Assembly: GCA_010093745.1 (NCBI GenBank)
Contig: MU005974.1
Location: 186,001-250,000, forward strand
Length of the DNA stretch: 64,000 nt
Direction: 5' to 3'
Source of the DNA: Piedraia hortae CBS 480.64
Taxonomy: Eukaryota
Both the position numbers and the translations under genes were made by a program. The notes beneath the pieces were generated by a model. It did no database searches and was not told the origin of the DNA. It was given only the letters and a program-made list of their open reading frames with translations. Positions 13,091 through 24,955 of this stretch are shown here, piece by piece; position 1 is the stretch's first letter; each line of letters starts with the position of its first letter.

Positions 13091-16000
13091 ATGGCTGCCA
13101 ATTATGCTCGTCTGCGCGACCAGACGATGAACTCGTGGGCCGACGACGAGGCTGTGACTGTAAACACCCGCGCCCTGATTGACAAAGTTCTCGCTCGCTA
13201 CTCTGGCGAATGGACGACGTTGCGTGAACTGATCCAGAACGCCGCCGATGCGCAGGCCAAGACGGTTACCATTCGCTTCGAAACAAGGCCTTCAACTACT
13301 GTTCCGCAGCCGCTAAACGGATCTCCCTCTGACCTGTTGCGTCACGTCTTGACCCATCATACGCTCAAGACGCTACTCGTAAGCAACGATGGCCAACACT
13401 TTGGCGAAAACGACTGGCAGCGGCTCAAGAGAATTGCGGAAGGGAACCCTGACGAGACCAAAATTGGCGCTTTCGGTGTGGGTTTCTACAGCGTCTTTGC
13501 CGACTGTGAGACGCCTTTTGTCAGCTCTGGGCGCCAGACTATGGCCTTTTACTGGAAAAAAGACAGTCTCTTCACGCGGAGGGGCAAGATTTCTCCCGAT
13601 CAACAGCCAGAAGGAACCACCTTTTTACTAGACTACAGAAGTCCGACCACGCCAGTTCCGGGGCTGCTAAGCCTGTGTCAATTTCTAGCAACCAGTCTCA
13701 CTTTTGTCGGCCTAGAACGCATCGATTTGCATCTAGACGATTGGAAAATCCTCCATTTGACCAAGAAAATGTCTCCTGGAGTGCAGGCCACCATGCCACC
13801 TAACCTCATCACGCAGACCCAAAACGGTCTCATGAAAATCGTCAATGTAGAGTACCAACAAGCGCAAATCGATGCTACATGGATCAACGCCGTTGGCTGG
13901 GACAAGACAACCACAGCCCAAGTAGCAGACGAAAGCCCCAAACAATCCGACCACCATTCCGGCTTCAAAAGCTGGTTCAGCCGCATCGCCCACAGCACCC
14001 AAAAAAGCTTCGCAAACACCACTGCCCGCAAAGCCCGACGTGAAGAAGAAATCCTACAACAATCAATCATCAAAGACCTAACCGGCTTGAGCCAATCCAC
14101 CGTCTTTCTCAAACTCAGCACCGTGCACGTCATAACCAACATCAACAAGCAACTCTCCCACGAACTCGAACGAGCCACCAAAAAACCCCCCCCAAAAACC
14201 ACAAAAATCGCCATCCTCACAACCTCGCACGACGAATCCCTCGCCTCCATCTCCACCGGCACAGCGGCAGCCCAATCCTCCGAAATCTTCGCCTGGGTCT
14301 TACCAACCAAAACCGGCAAAATCTTTATCGGTTTCCCCACGGGCCAGACGACGGGTCTACACGCGCACATCAGCGCCCCTTCCGTGATCCCCACCGTGGA
14401 GCGGGAATCCATCGACCTCAACGCACGCTATGTCCGGGACTGGAACATTGAAATGCTCCGCGTAGCAGGCATAGCCTGTCGAATGGCCTATTCAGGGGAA
14501 ATGGCCGACCTAAACCAGAAAATCGTCCACTCCATGGCGTCAACCGGGCGGAAAAAAGTCACAGACGAGGATGTACAGCGTGTAATGCCTAGTGCGATCC
14601 ACACGTATAAGCAATACACCATCGAAGAGACGACGCCGTCTGAGCAAGTGGGGAATTATATCGAGGAGGCGTTCTGGTCTTGTAACCGCTCCGCGAGTAT
14701 TGAAGTTTTGAGCGCCCGTGGCATCCTGCCTAGTGAGCTTGTGCGGGTTGCTACGGAGGATCTGAGTTTTGTGAGTGGCATTCCGACTGTGCCGGGGCAG
14801 GTGATGGATCAGGCGGGGGGTTTCATTACCCGACTGAGGACGTATGAGCTGCTAGTGGATATCACGATTTCGGATATTAAAAGGGAGTTGGAGGCGCAGG
14901 CTCTTACGGAAACCCAGGTGAAGGAGTTGTTGAGGTGGTGTTGTAAGAAGGTCTCGGCTGGGGAGCTCGACGCGGGGAGTGTGAAGATGTTGTTTGATGG
15001 GACGCTGGGGAGTCTTGATGAGGAGTTTGCGAAGACGGCTGCGAGTCCGGTTATACAGCTGGGGAAGGTGCAGACGTTTGTTAATGCGTCGAAGATTCCA
15101 CCAGATATGCCTACGCCGGGGCATACGGTTCCGTTTCGGATGACGAAGGAGTTGAGTCCCGCTGCGTTGCAGTCGCTGGGGTGGCATGAGCTAATGGTTG
15201 AGGAGTGGTTGAAGTTTATTGTTGAGACGGATGGGAGGGCATTTGGGGAGGGACAGAGATTAACAGCTACGCCCGCTGTCGCGGCGAAGGTCCTGCCGGT
15301 TGTGTCGAGGGCGTGGGATTCGTTCTCGACGCCGGCTAAGGAGACGGTTATTTTGTTGCTTGCGCAACGTACTGTCATCCCGACTAGACTGGGTATGAGA
15401 ACTCCGCCGCAGGCGTATTTTGCTAGTGTGCGGTTGTTTGACGATCTGCCGACCATTACGGGGTTGCAAGGGGTAAAGGAGAAGTTCCTAGGTGCGCTCG
15501 GCGTGCGCAAGACGATTGAAATCGGTGCTGTTTTGAACCGTTTGATGAAGTCTCCAACGTCAGAGACGAAATGGAGCCATGTTGAGCTCATCAGATATCT
15601 CGTCTCCGTGGCGAGTGACATCCCACCAGCGGATATCACCATGTTGCAGAACACTCCACTCTGTACGGCTGAAGATGAGCAGAACGGAAAACTCTTCCGA
15701 CTGTGTGAATTGTACGAGCCGAGTGAGAGGCTTCGCAAGATCAAACTGCCTCTTCTCTACTGGCCAGGTACGTATAATCCTCATAGTGCAGAAGGGCAGA
15801 TGCTCTGCAAACTGGGACTAAGAAAGTATCCCTCCATGCCAGAGATTGTCGGCATGCTGCATAGCACGCCCCTGCACAGCATCCTTCACGGCAACATTGT
15901 CGAATATCTTGTGACGAACTACTACCTCAATGGATACAACAAGTATCCCATGTCAGAGGTTCAGACGGCTTTTGTGCCGGTCGTTCCACTCCCTGGTGAG

Positions 16001-18031
16001 GCGGGAAATATGATCTCCATCCCGAGCCAGTGCTATGCGAACCCGAAAGCTGCGATTCTTGATTTTCGCATCATGTCAGAGGCGCTTCGGCCTCATCATT
16101 CCATGTTTGGCGTGGCCATGGATCCACCCATTGAGTTAGCTGCCCGCCGACTGATTCAGAACCCACCGGGAGACAGGAAAAGCGCAATTGCCTTGTTCAG
16201 CTATTTTGTTGACAGGCTCTCTGAGATTCCGGTCAGAGGAAAGCTTGCACAGGAGCTTGGAAACGCGCCCATAGTGCCCGTGTCGGGTAGATTCGATCTT
16301 GCGGCTCCGACAGCTGTGTATCTCGGTGATGGGAAGACGTTGGGGGAGGTCTTTGATTTTGTTGACTTTGGCAATGGGGTAAATCCCTTTTTGCTGCGTG
16401 TCGGTTCCAAACATGAGCCTAGTGCGGTGGAAATTGCGGAGATGCTGGCCAAGCAGCCGACGAGGTTGTTGCAGACGCTGGGACAGGAAAGATATCTCAC
16501 CCTGCTGCGGCGTGTGGCTGAGAATATGGCTCTTCTGCAAGCGAATAAGACGCTGTGGAGGGATATGAAGAGGGCAGAGTGTCTGCTTGCTGTACAGGAG
16601 GTTGCTGTCACCAACGCAGATGATGAGAAGTATGTTAAGGAGTATTCCTTGGCGAATGCGTCGTCCATGGTTATCGTTGATGACTTTCTGGCCTACAGAC
16701 GGTTTCAGTCGAGTCTGAAGACTGCACCACAGGAGGAGGATCTGGAGAATCTCTACTCCGCGCTGGACACGCCTAGATTGAGTTCTCTTGTTGAGGATGA
16801 TCTCAAGAATGGATCGCCGTTGCGGGACCAGACTGCAGCCGAGGAACTGCGGAAACGCATCATAGAACGGTGTCGTCTGTTCCTTCATGACCATTCCTCT
16901 AACGTTATTCGCCATGATGGACGGTGGTTGGAGAGGAACCTCACCGTCAAAGCGGTTGAATCTTTACGAATTACTCACAGACTGAAGGGATACCGGCTAT
17001 ATTTCAACGAGGAACGGACAGCAACACTCAGCCGTCCAACCAAGACCAACGCCATTCTCTTCATCACCCGCAAATTCAACATGTACGAAGTCAGCCGTGC
17101 TATTGTCAGTCTCATCCTCCACAAACCAAGTCAACACCACTACCTCGCGCTGGAAATCATCCTCGAAAGCAACCTCAAACAGCTCAAGGTAAAAGGCTTC
17201 AACGTCGATCGAATCCTCGAACAAAAAGCCGCCGAATCGCGACTGGCTGAAAGTGAGCGTCGTAAGAATGCAGAACAATCCATTGAACCTGCAACCCCAG
17301 CCCCCAAACCGCCCAAAGTCCCCGGCGCGTTTGAGGCATCGTCACCCGAAACCAGTCCCCAGAACTGGCTCGCCAATGCTCTCGGCATGAGCAACGACGC
17401 ACCGCCCCCTTACCCAGGGGGTGACTCCAACCTAAGCCCCGAATCGCGCCCAACAACCCCAACTGAAATCGACACAACTCTCCTCTCAGCCATCCAAGCC
17501 TCCCGCTCATTCACCTCCTCCAAACTCACCACCTGTCCCCAAACAACCCACATCAAAGAGGTCTCATCCTACTGCGATACCTCCCCTGCGCAGAACCTAC
17601 TCCTAATCTCCAACACCCCCCTGAAAATCTTCGTCTCCCGAAACACAACAGCAGCAGGCCATCCCTCTAAATTTCTGCACGCAAACCACACCTCCCTCCA
17701 ACTTTTCACACAAATCCTCACCCAAGCGGCTGGCGTACTGACAATACCCCCCGAAGCAGTTAATATCTTCCACGATGAGAGTGGCGGTACAATTGCATTT
17801 AATTCCTCCGGGAGTTTATTCTGTAACCTCAGGGTTTTTAGGACGCTGCATGAAGAGGGGATGCGGACCCAAGAGGGAAGGAGAAATGCACTGGTGTACT
17901 GGTGGGTTACGCTGTGTCATGAGCTTGCGCATAATTTGGTCAGGGAGCATAGTACCCAGCATGGGTTCTGGACGGAGAGTTTTGTTATTAGGTTTTTTGG
18001 GGGTTTGGCTGGTGTACTGGGAGGAATGTAA
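13091..18031 (+). CDS. Large sacsin/Nov-like GHKL (HATPase_c) protein (DUF3684-type) with a C-terminal HExxH zincin motif
   Basis: 1646-aa single-exon ORF. GHKL motifs TLRELIQNAADA, SNDG and IGAFGVGFYSVF; internal repeats ending in L.G[VL]R/K..P; C-terminal TLCHELAHNLVREH. Confidence 0.85.
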   Translation: MAANYARLRDQTMNSWADDEAVTVNTRALIDKVLARYSGEWTTLRELIQNAADAQAKTVTIRFETRPSTTVPQPLNGSPSDLLRHVLTHHTLKTLLVSNDGQHFGENDWQRLKRIAEGNPDETKIGAFGVGFYSVFADCETPFVSSGRQTMAFYWKKDSLFTRRGKISPDQQPEGTTFLLDYRSPTTPVPGLLSLCQFLATSLTFVGLERIDLHLDDWKILHLTKKMSPGVQATMPPNLITQTQNGLMKIVNVEYQQAQIDATWINAVGWDKTTTAQVADESPKQSDHHSGFKSWFSRIAHSTQKSFANTTARKARREEEILQQSIIKDLTGLSQSTVFLKLSTVHVITNINKQLSHELERATKKPPPKTTKIAILTTSHDESLASISTGTAAAQSSEIFAWVLPTKTGKIFIGFPTGQTTGLHAHISAPSVIPTVERESIDLNARYVRDWNIEMLRVAGIACRMAYSGEMADLNQKIVHSMASTGRKKVTDEDVQRVMPSAIHTYKQYTIEETTPSEQVGNYIEEAFWSCNRSASIEVLSARGILPSELVRVATEDLSFVSGIPTVPGQVMDQAGGFITRLRTYELLVDITISDIKRELEAQALTETQVKELLRWCCKKVSAGELDAGSVKMLFDGTLGSLDEEFAKTAASPVIQLGKVQTFVNASKIPPDMPTPGHTVPFRMTKELSPAALQSLGWHELMVEEWLKFIVETDGRAFGEGQRLTATPAVAAKVLPVVSRAWDSFSTPAKETVILLLAQRTVIPTRLGMRTPPQAYFASVRLFDDLPTITGLQGVKEKFLGALGVRKTIEIGAVLNRLMKSPTSETKWSHVELIRYLVSVASDIPPADITMLQNTPLCTAEDEQNGKLFRLCELYEPSERLRKIKLPLLYWPGTYNPHSAEGQMLCKLGLRKYPSMPEIVGMLHSTPLHSILHGNIVEYLVTNYYLNGYNKYPMSEVQTAFVPVVPLPGEAGNMISIPSQCYANPKAAILDFRIMSEALRPHHSMFGVAMDPPIELAARRLIQNPPGDRKSAIALFSYFVDRLSEIPVRGKLAQELGNAPIVPVSGRFDLAAPTAVYLGDGKTLGEVFDFVDFGNGVNPFLLRVGSKHEPSAVEIAEMLAKQPTRLLQTLGQERYLTLLRRVAENMALLQANKTLWRDMKRAECLLAVQEVAVTNADDEKYVKEYSLANASSMVIVDDFLAYRRFQSSLKTAPQEEDLENLYSALDTPRLSSLVEDDLKNGSPLRDQTAAEELRKRIIERCRLFLHDHSSNVIRHDGRWLERNLTVKAVESLRITHRLKGYRLYFNEERTATLSRPTKTNAILFITRKFNMYEVSRAIVSLILHKPSQHHYLALEIILESNLKQLKVKGFNVDRILEQKAAESRLAESERRKNAEQSIEPATPAPKPPKVPGAFEASSPETSPQNWLANALGMSNDAPPPYPGGDSNLSPESRPTTPTEIDTTLLSAIQASRSFTSSKLTTCPQTTHIKEVSSYCDTSPAQNLLLISNTPLKIFVSRNTTAAGHPSKFLHANHTSLQLFTQILTQAAGVLTIPPEAVNIFHDESGGTIAFNSSGSLFCNLRVFRTLHEEGMRTQEGRRNALVYWWVTLCHELAHNLVREHSTQHGFWTESFVIRFFGGLAGVLGGM

Positions 18032-18480
18032 GGATGAGAGATGTTTGTAGCAGATAGGGTAGGCACCAAAGAGATGGTGAGGAAGGTGGGCGTACGGATA
18101 GTGAAGACTAGAAGAGATATCGTTTGTAGGTTAGAACATTGAAGAGATAAAGACTTAGTGCGACATAGCAAGGCCTCAACCTCCTCTCCATTCGATGCAG
18201 GATCAAGATTCTCACCCGTGCCTAAGTGGCAGGGTTCCTGAAGCGGTAATGGGCTTCTTGAAGTAGCATTGTTCCCCCGAGCGGCACCAATCCACCCACC
18301 CTTCTTCCTCCTCAAACCACCCCTCCACTCATTCACCCAAATTCTCGTCCCGTAGGTTGGGTGCAGTGTGGGGAGTTTTGATACAAGATTTTCCTTAGTG
18401 GAAGGGATAGAGATTCAACACACCACCGCGAGATGGAAAAATGAAAATTAAGAGTAAACCTGTTCTCTGGACCATAATCC

Positions 18481-18601
18481 GTAATTAAGTTCGAAAGAGA
18501 TATATCGGTGTGAAGGTTTGGGGTTCTTAATAGTGTACTCACCCACCGCAATGTGTAATTAAGCTCGGGATAAGTGTGTCTGTGTGAAAGTTTGGGTGTT
18601 C
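18481..18601. repeat. Degenerate ~45-bp direct repeat
   Basis: GTAATTAAGttcgaaagagatatatcgGTGTGAAgGTTTGGG at 18481 versus GTAATTAAGctcgggataagtgtgtctGTGTGAAaGTTTGGG at 18555. Confidence 0.55.
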
Positions 18602-18679
18602 AAATGACGTATGTTTCCGCCAAGTATACGGCACAATCCAGGTTCTAATCAGACATATGTTCCAGGCAGTCGACCAGAT

Positions 18680-18901
18680 ACCAAGATGGCCCAGGTGGCC
18701 GAGGAATTGATGAGGAAGAGGTGCGGTCGGAGGGGACGGAAGGAGAGGACGGGGAGTGAAGGTGTTGGCCCTGCCTGGGGGTTATCGGTTTGCACGCGGT
18801 GCATCCCCTCGCCGTCTAGCGCCCATTAGGGTCCGGGCATCAGCTCATTGGGAGCTATGACCCATCCATAGACGTAAAATGAAAAAAAAAAAAAAAAAAA
18901 A
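18680..18901 (+). mobile_element. Possible 3' end of a poly(A) retroposon (truncated LINE or SINE)
   Basis: GC-rich non-coding stretch ending GACGTAAAATG followed by A20 (18882-18901). The 5' boundary is uncertain and no TSD was identified. Confidence 0.3.
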
Positions 18902-19665
18902 CAAGCCGTATACCTCGCTCAATCAGAATTCTGGCATCTTGCCTTTTCTGGTAACTCTGTTACTCCTTTCGTCTTTCTTAAGTTCTGGTGCTCCAACCAC
19001 CAGAATCGCCAGAATCTTACGTAATCAGCAGGGCAGCGGAATCTGTTCCACCAAGTTAAGCTCTCTCATTATTCCCAATTGGGGCTCTAAGAGAGGGCCG
19101 TGTGCCTTTCCTCTCTGGAATTCTGGCTCAGATTGGCGGCGAGGTTAGACAATGGACCCTAGTATATATTCTCCCTAAGAACAGGCCTGCCTGATCAGGC
19201 TGCCTTGATTTGATCCATAATTTTTGCCCCTCATTTCCCCCATTGAACTGCATATTGGCAAACCTTTTAAAGTAGCACACCAATTACGGTCGAGAAAGCT
19301 TTAGATTGACTATTTACTCATCCAGAGGTGGATTACCACTGTTGTTTCCGTCCGACCTGCCGGCTTCATCACCATAAGCCTCATTCACAATTATGGCAGC
19401 TTCGAACAACCCCAGCAAAGGCCCTTGGATTTGTCAGGGATCAGTTTATCGCGGCCGGTGTCTTTCATGACCAGCTTGCGTTCACTTTGTTCCTCATCGA
19501 TATCCAAAACATCGTCATCGTTGCTTTCTTCGCCGTCGTCGACCATGACGATCTCCTTGTAATTGGCAGGATTATTGAGGCGCTCGGGGGGTACCATACC
19601 AAGCGGGTCACAATTCCGCCGTCATAATTGGGCGGAAAAACGCCGGCCTAAGTATCAATAGTTAG

Positions 19666-19808
19666 TGTTGTGCAGGTCGCCACGGAGCGATCCGCAGGTG
19701 ATGAACCACATCCCTGACCAGGGTTCGAGTACTCAGAAATATTCTTGTGGATCTCTAGATACGCGTGTATACTGACACACCTGTGAGGTGCCGCTGCTTA
19801 TTAGAACA
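19666..19808 (-). mobile_element. Solo LTR (family A), 143 bp, with perfect 5-bp TSD GTTAG
   Basis: TGTT...AACA ends; GTTAG at 19661-19665 and 19809-19813; reverse complement of 24956-25100 and 54830-54970. Strand is given relative to those copies. Confidence 0.9.
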
Positions 19809-20139
19809 GTTAGCTTCAATATATTATGACAACAGTCCACGTACCGAAGCAGCGCCAGGAGCCTGGTGCGCTGGGTAGGCGACATACATGACAACGGAGT
19901 CATCAGAATCGACTGACGATTCGAGCGTCACGTCTCCCGGCTGGACGACGGTTAGTAATACTATTAGATGAAGAAGAAAACAAGACCCACCAACTGGCGA
20001 GTTGCCATTCCAAGGCTATCGCCTTCACGGCCCTCGCATTATTATTAGCTTGCATCTTCTTTTGCAAAGGTGAACGCTGACACTTACCTCCATCATGGGC
20101 AAGGCGGCCGCACGGAACCCCTGTCCAAGAACCGCAGAA

Positions 20140-20882
20140 TCATCGGCGAAAGGACCTGAACAACAGGCTTCGAACGGACGAGTCTGCATTGATCTCCGCT
20201 CCCCAGTATTCGGCATCGAGTAAGTTTTCGGGCCCCTCCCCCTCGTTCCTCAGCTGCTTGAGTGTCGTCAGGCAGACCAAAACACTGACTACCGCCGTGC
20301 CGATGATGTCACGCATATTCATGCACTCAAACATGAATATGAGGTCGCCCGAAGATTTGACCATGTTCTTTTCCAACGCCAAGGAGCCTTTGAAAGTTGC
20401 TGCAAATATCTTTCTCCAAAAGTTGCCTTATGCCTTGAGAGCATTCGGAGGAATCATTTTCATCTCCGTACCAATGGGATGTTCAACACACCACATCTTG
20501 GTATGCTTTAGTAGCTTGTTAATATCATCGCACGTCATAGTATCGGGATTTTTGGAGAGGGGCCTAAAAAGCTTATAAACCTTTTCGTTGGTTTTTAGGT
20601 CGGGGAACCGATGCAGAAAGACGTTCATCTTTGCGGCAGACGAAGAGAATGGTGGTACCAGAGGAAACTATCTGAGTGGATGTCTAGAATTAGCAATGGT
20701 ATGTCGGTGTTTGATAGAAAGTTAAGGTCAACAGGAGTGGGAGTGGGAGACCAGGGTGAGGTAGACACATTTCCATTAAGAAAGCCGCCGACAACGCGAC
20801 GCGCATGGGAGTCATATTCATTACGCACTAAGAAGTGAACCCGGTTGATGCCGGTCCGTGTATAAACAGCGAAGTGCGTCAC
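20140..20882 (-). pseudogene. Disrupted coding relic of unknown family
   Basis: Three consecutive protein-like minus-strand ORFs (20882-20625, 20628-20428, 20382-20140) are joined by one frameshift and one in-frame stop. Confidence 0.35.
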
Positions 20883-21365
20883 CTTATCTTAAATTTCCCT
20901 GTACTCGAAGGTTCTCGACAAAGAGAGAAACGAATTAGTGGTAAAAGGGGAAAGACGAAAACCCCCAACCAAGGCTATCCATCTCGCCACCACTTCGACC
21001 ACTCTACCGTGCCAGGTGGTGGGAGCCACACCACATTCGGAAGATATCCCATTCTGGACTTGTGCGGTTTGCCTCTTATCAGGGCCGATCGAGAGCACTG
21101 GTGATCCGGAGCGTCAAACTCGCTGGTGCGTTCTGTAGCGATAATGCTCTCGTGGATGGAAGTGCGCAGCGGCCCGAACCATGAGGACGTAGCGATAGAC
21201 TAAGATCAACGACAAGGACAGGAAAGACGCAGGTGGGTAGGGGTCAATACTAGTGTCGATATGACAGTGTGAATGACTATATGTATCTGTTAAGGGACGT
21301 CAGAATCAAAATTCTGTTCCGGTGGGCCGGTGACGTCACGTACACTAGCAGGGCGCATTCGCCCC

Positions 21366-21521
21366 TGTCACATATGACATGACCCTGAGGGAAAACCTCT
21401 GTGAAGGGATAAAAACCTAGGTTGCAGCTGGTAGTGTAGGAGGTAAGTTAAAGGAAACGAGCTAATAGTATATTATATGTGCTGCATACATAAGGACGTC
21501 GTACATGGTCATCACGTGACA
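21366..21521. mobile_element. Putative solo LTR (family B)
   Basis: Ends TGTCACATATGACATGAC and GTACATGGTCATCACGTGACA form an imperfect ~20-bp terminal inverted repeat with TG..CA. Internal TATA-like TATATTATA. No TSD. An internal 15-mer recurs at 54815. Confidence 0.5.
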
Positions 21522-22739
21522 CATCCTTCAACTAGGTATCGCTGACTTGCTATGCAAGTGCCCCGCATACGCGCTAGCGGCGATGCTTAAATCCAACATG
21601 TTCGAACATCTTGTGTGCTTGGATGCCTTGTCCAGGGCATTGCTTCGGATTTGTGAAATTATCTTTGTCCGATGATGAGGCCTTAGACAAAGACCTGCTT
21701 GTAAGTAGACGGAGTTCCCTCATCACGTTAGGAATTCTGTTGAGATCAGCTCATATCATCATCTTCCGATTCATCTCATCCATTCATTGTCTAAAGTCAT
21801 CAATGGAGCCTCCGATAGGGCTTCATAGCATTGCTTTTGCCGGGTGTTGTGGAGCCAGATAAAATTTATGCATCCGAACAAAGAACAAAAAAGAAAAAAC
21901 AGATTGTTAGTCTCCCAAGCATTTCAACCAGTCCTTCCCGTTAATATTTCACACAGCGGTGGCCATCCATCTGTGTGAGCCCAGTGTGAACGTATTCACC
22001 CCCAGCCCACTTGGGCGGGCGGATCGGAAGCAGAGGCTTGGGCGTCGGTAACCTGAGTTAGTTGCGGTAGATTCGAGTCCGGGTTCGAAATTTTGTTGCA
22101 ATTAACCCCATTGCCCCACCCCATTACTAACCCAATTTAAAGTCGAGGAGATAAGGGGTATTGATATCAACAACGTATGCGTAACCGAAGATTAGCCGAC
22201 CAGGCCGCCTACCAGATTGGGGAGTTCAGATGGGATGGTACTGGATGAGTTTTCCACTGACTGACGACGCGATATCGTACAGTGCTTTATTGGCGGCTAG
22301 TCATATTGTGTTAAATAATAAACTTATGTACCAGAATATTCCTCCTGATGCGTAAACCTGTTCATCACTCATGAGACAATTTTTTCACCTGAACACGCAC
22401 AATTAGAGTAGTAGTTGACCGTTGACCTAGAGCCCTTGCAGATTTTAAGATGCTGTTGATTCTTGCTGCCTTCTCCTAGTTTGCTAAATTGCACAACAAT
22501 GCGTAATTCAATCCGGATCAGACCTTGCAAAGAAACGTCAATAAAAGACAATGAAAAAGATTAGCCTCGCTGTCTAGCTCGCTCATTCTGGAGAGGGACC
22601 CCTCCAGTCGTTACTGGTGCTGGACGCACCGAGAGGGAACTTGCCCATAAAGTGCTTTCCTAGCTTTGGCACTATAGTACATATCTCCTGTCAAAACGAT
22701 TGGCGATGAGTTTCCCAGGTGAGAGTAAGTCATCTGCTG

Positions 22740-24880
22740 ACCTCATCTCATCTGCTGTGAGATCGAATTTCGCGTAGTGGTGACAGGAGCATATTCCGTT
22801 TGTCCAGGACGATCGATAAATTCCAGCCGAGTTACATTTGGCGTCTGACGGATGTCCAACGCCACTCTCTGCTGCCGTTCCCTGTACGGAATTATTGCAA
22901 TTTGGAAGGAGATTTGAAGCTGGCGCAGTTTCTCCAGAACGCTTCCATTAACCTTGTGTAAAGTCCACCCCAAGTTTAGGGTGACCCGATTTTTGTGGTT
23001 ATATTCATCAACAATATCGACCTCCGTTGCTAGCCTGACTTCGGGTCAGGCCATTCTCATCCATTTTTTTCACTGCCTTCGAGAATGTCAGTCGGTCATC
23101 AGGGCTACCCAACTCGACGCTCGTCATCGGTTCAGGTCAGGAGTGTAGACTGACTTGCCAGACCACTTGGCGGAATGGTTTCCGTGAGGTGGTCAAATAT
23201 CTCCTTAAACGTTTGAAGCGTCAAGGCGATAGAGGGGACTGCATGAGAGCGGCTTTTGTAGATGCATTCCTGGTGTGACCTTGGGTATATACTCCCTCAT
23301 CGAGTTTCGCGATTGTAAAAGCTGATACTGCGTCGAACAAGAGGATAGTCCCATTTGCTCACTGTCTTCTTCAATTCATCGCCCACATTTCACCGTTTAT
23401 CGTTGTACATTGTGCCTTTGATAAACACGTCCAGCGCGGCGACAGTCGCTGGATCTCAGGAGACTCGAGCCCTCATACAACGACTCGCGGCCTTTGCGTA
23501 TCTCTTTGTGGCAGCCACTCATAGGATGTGGAACAAGTGAATCTGCTCATGGTGGAACCGCTGCTCGTCGCATCCAGAGCCAACTCGCAAAAGTCCGCAG
23601 GGCATCGATTGCACATTCGGCAGGCATTACTACTGTTCTCCGCCTGCTGTGGCATGTCGCCAATGCAACAATAGATCATGGCGCAAAAAATGTGTTTCTG
23701 TCCGGCGATGTTGACCTCCATGCCTGCGTCCAGCTGTTCCATCTCTGGACCGATGGCATCTATGACTTCGGAGGTGTTGATTCCATGTGGTCCCGGCGTG
23801 ATAGGAATGACATTCGACGGACGAGCGCGCTCTTTGACGGACAGGGCATGATTCGTAACATAGAATCCCACGAGCGAATGGTGCATGTTCCTGTAAAGGC
23901 CGTACGCGTCGAAGAACACGATCAGAGGCAAGGAGATGACTGGAATACCGCCATGGAAACTAGGGTAGAATCCAGTCAAATGGGGACTTCCGAAGTGCAA
24001 AATCTCAAGCTCACCTCGAATGGGATGCTGCTTCCAGAAAGGGCGGACTGTGGACGTTGTGCATACGTCGAACGAAATGCGCGCATCCTCAAACCATCTG
24101 AGGTAGGTCAGTACGATTAACGGCACTGTGGAACCCATAATGCATCATAACGGGCGCGCTGGATAGCCTTCAGGCGTCCGGCTGCGTGTACGTGATGTCG
24201 CCTTCGATGAGAAATAATTCCAACGGGCGTGCTGGTGGTTCTTCCGCAATCTTCGAGGAGGTGCATGAGTTGAACCCGCACAAGGCAAAAAAGTCATGCT
24301 GATCTTCTTCCAGCGTGGTGGTATCAAGTGCTTCAAGAAGGGCGACACGGTTGGCTGTGCCCAGCTCTTTCAAGAGAAATCTGAACCGGTAAATAGTCTG
24401 AAAACCACATTTCACGACCCAACACTGCATTTGACAGGCGCATGCAAGCGGGCAAACGCCTTGTACGATTTTTGGGACCAGTCCAAGCCAAACTGCGTAC
24501 AAAGCCTATAATGAGTTGGCAAGTCTTCACGTGGCCATGGCATGCTCATCGTATAAGGCAGTGCGGTCGGTTCAATAGGAAGGCCCATCCCAGGTCGCCG
24601 AACAGTCCTTGTCAAGACTTCGGTGGTTTGAAGAGGGCCATGCGTAATGTGCGTACTCCCCTACATGCCCGAACCCAACACCCGTCTTGTGACGACAAAG
24701 TTGGCCGACACGTATGTGATTAATCGCTATGCGAGAGCCAACTTTATCGTCACTCGTCGCATCTTCACCTGGAAGGAAGAGGAGGCGAAGGTTAAGATCA
24801 TGCCGTTGTTGGATGGGTATTAGCGATTCCAATTCGATTTTATCAAGCGGAGCTCGGCTCTCGACTTGACACGTCAACTA
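22740..24880 (-). pseudogene. Degenerate fungal DDE transposase (Plavaka/CACTA-like)
   Basis: Core 24138-23473 reads HPIRGELE...SLPLIVFFDAYGLYRNMHHSLVGFY...NVIPITPGPHG...LDAGMEVNIAG...GDMPQQAENS. Flanking frames are broken and boundaries are approximate. Confidence 0.55.
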
Positions 24881-24955
24881 GTTTTCCGTAGAGACTTGAA
24901 TGCATACTGGTACACATCTACTCACAATTATAACAAATGGCCCTTTGGGACTTTG

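Noticed and set aside
22030..22095. tRNA gene (GGGTTCGAAAT B-box-like)
   Set aside because: No acceptor stem or cloverleaf could be built.
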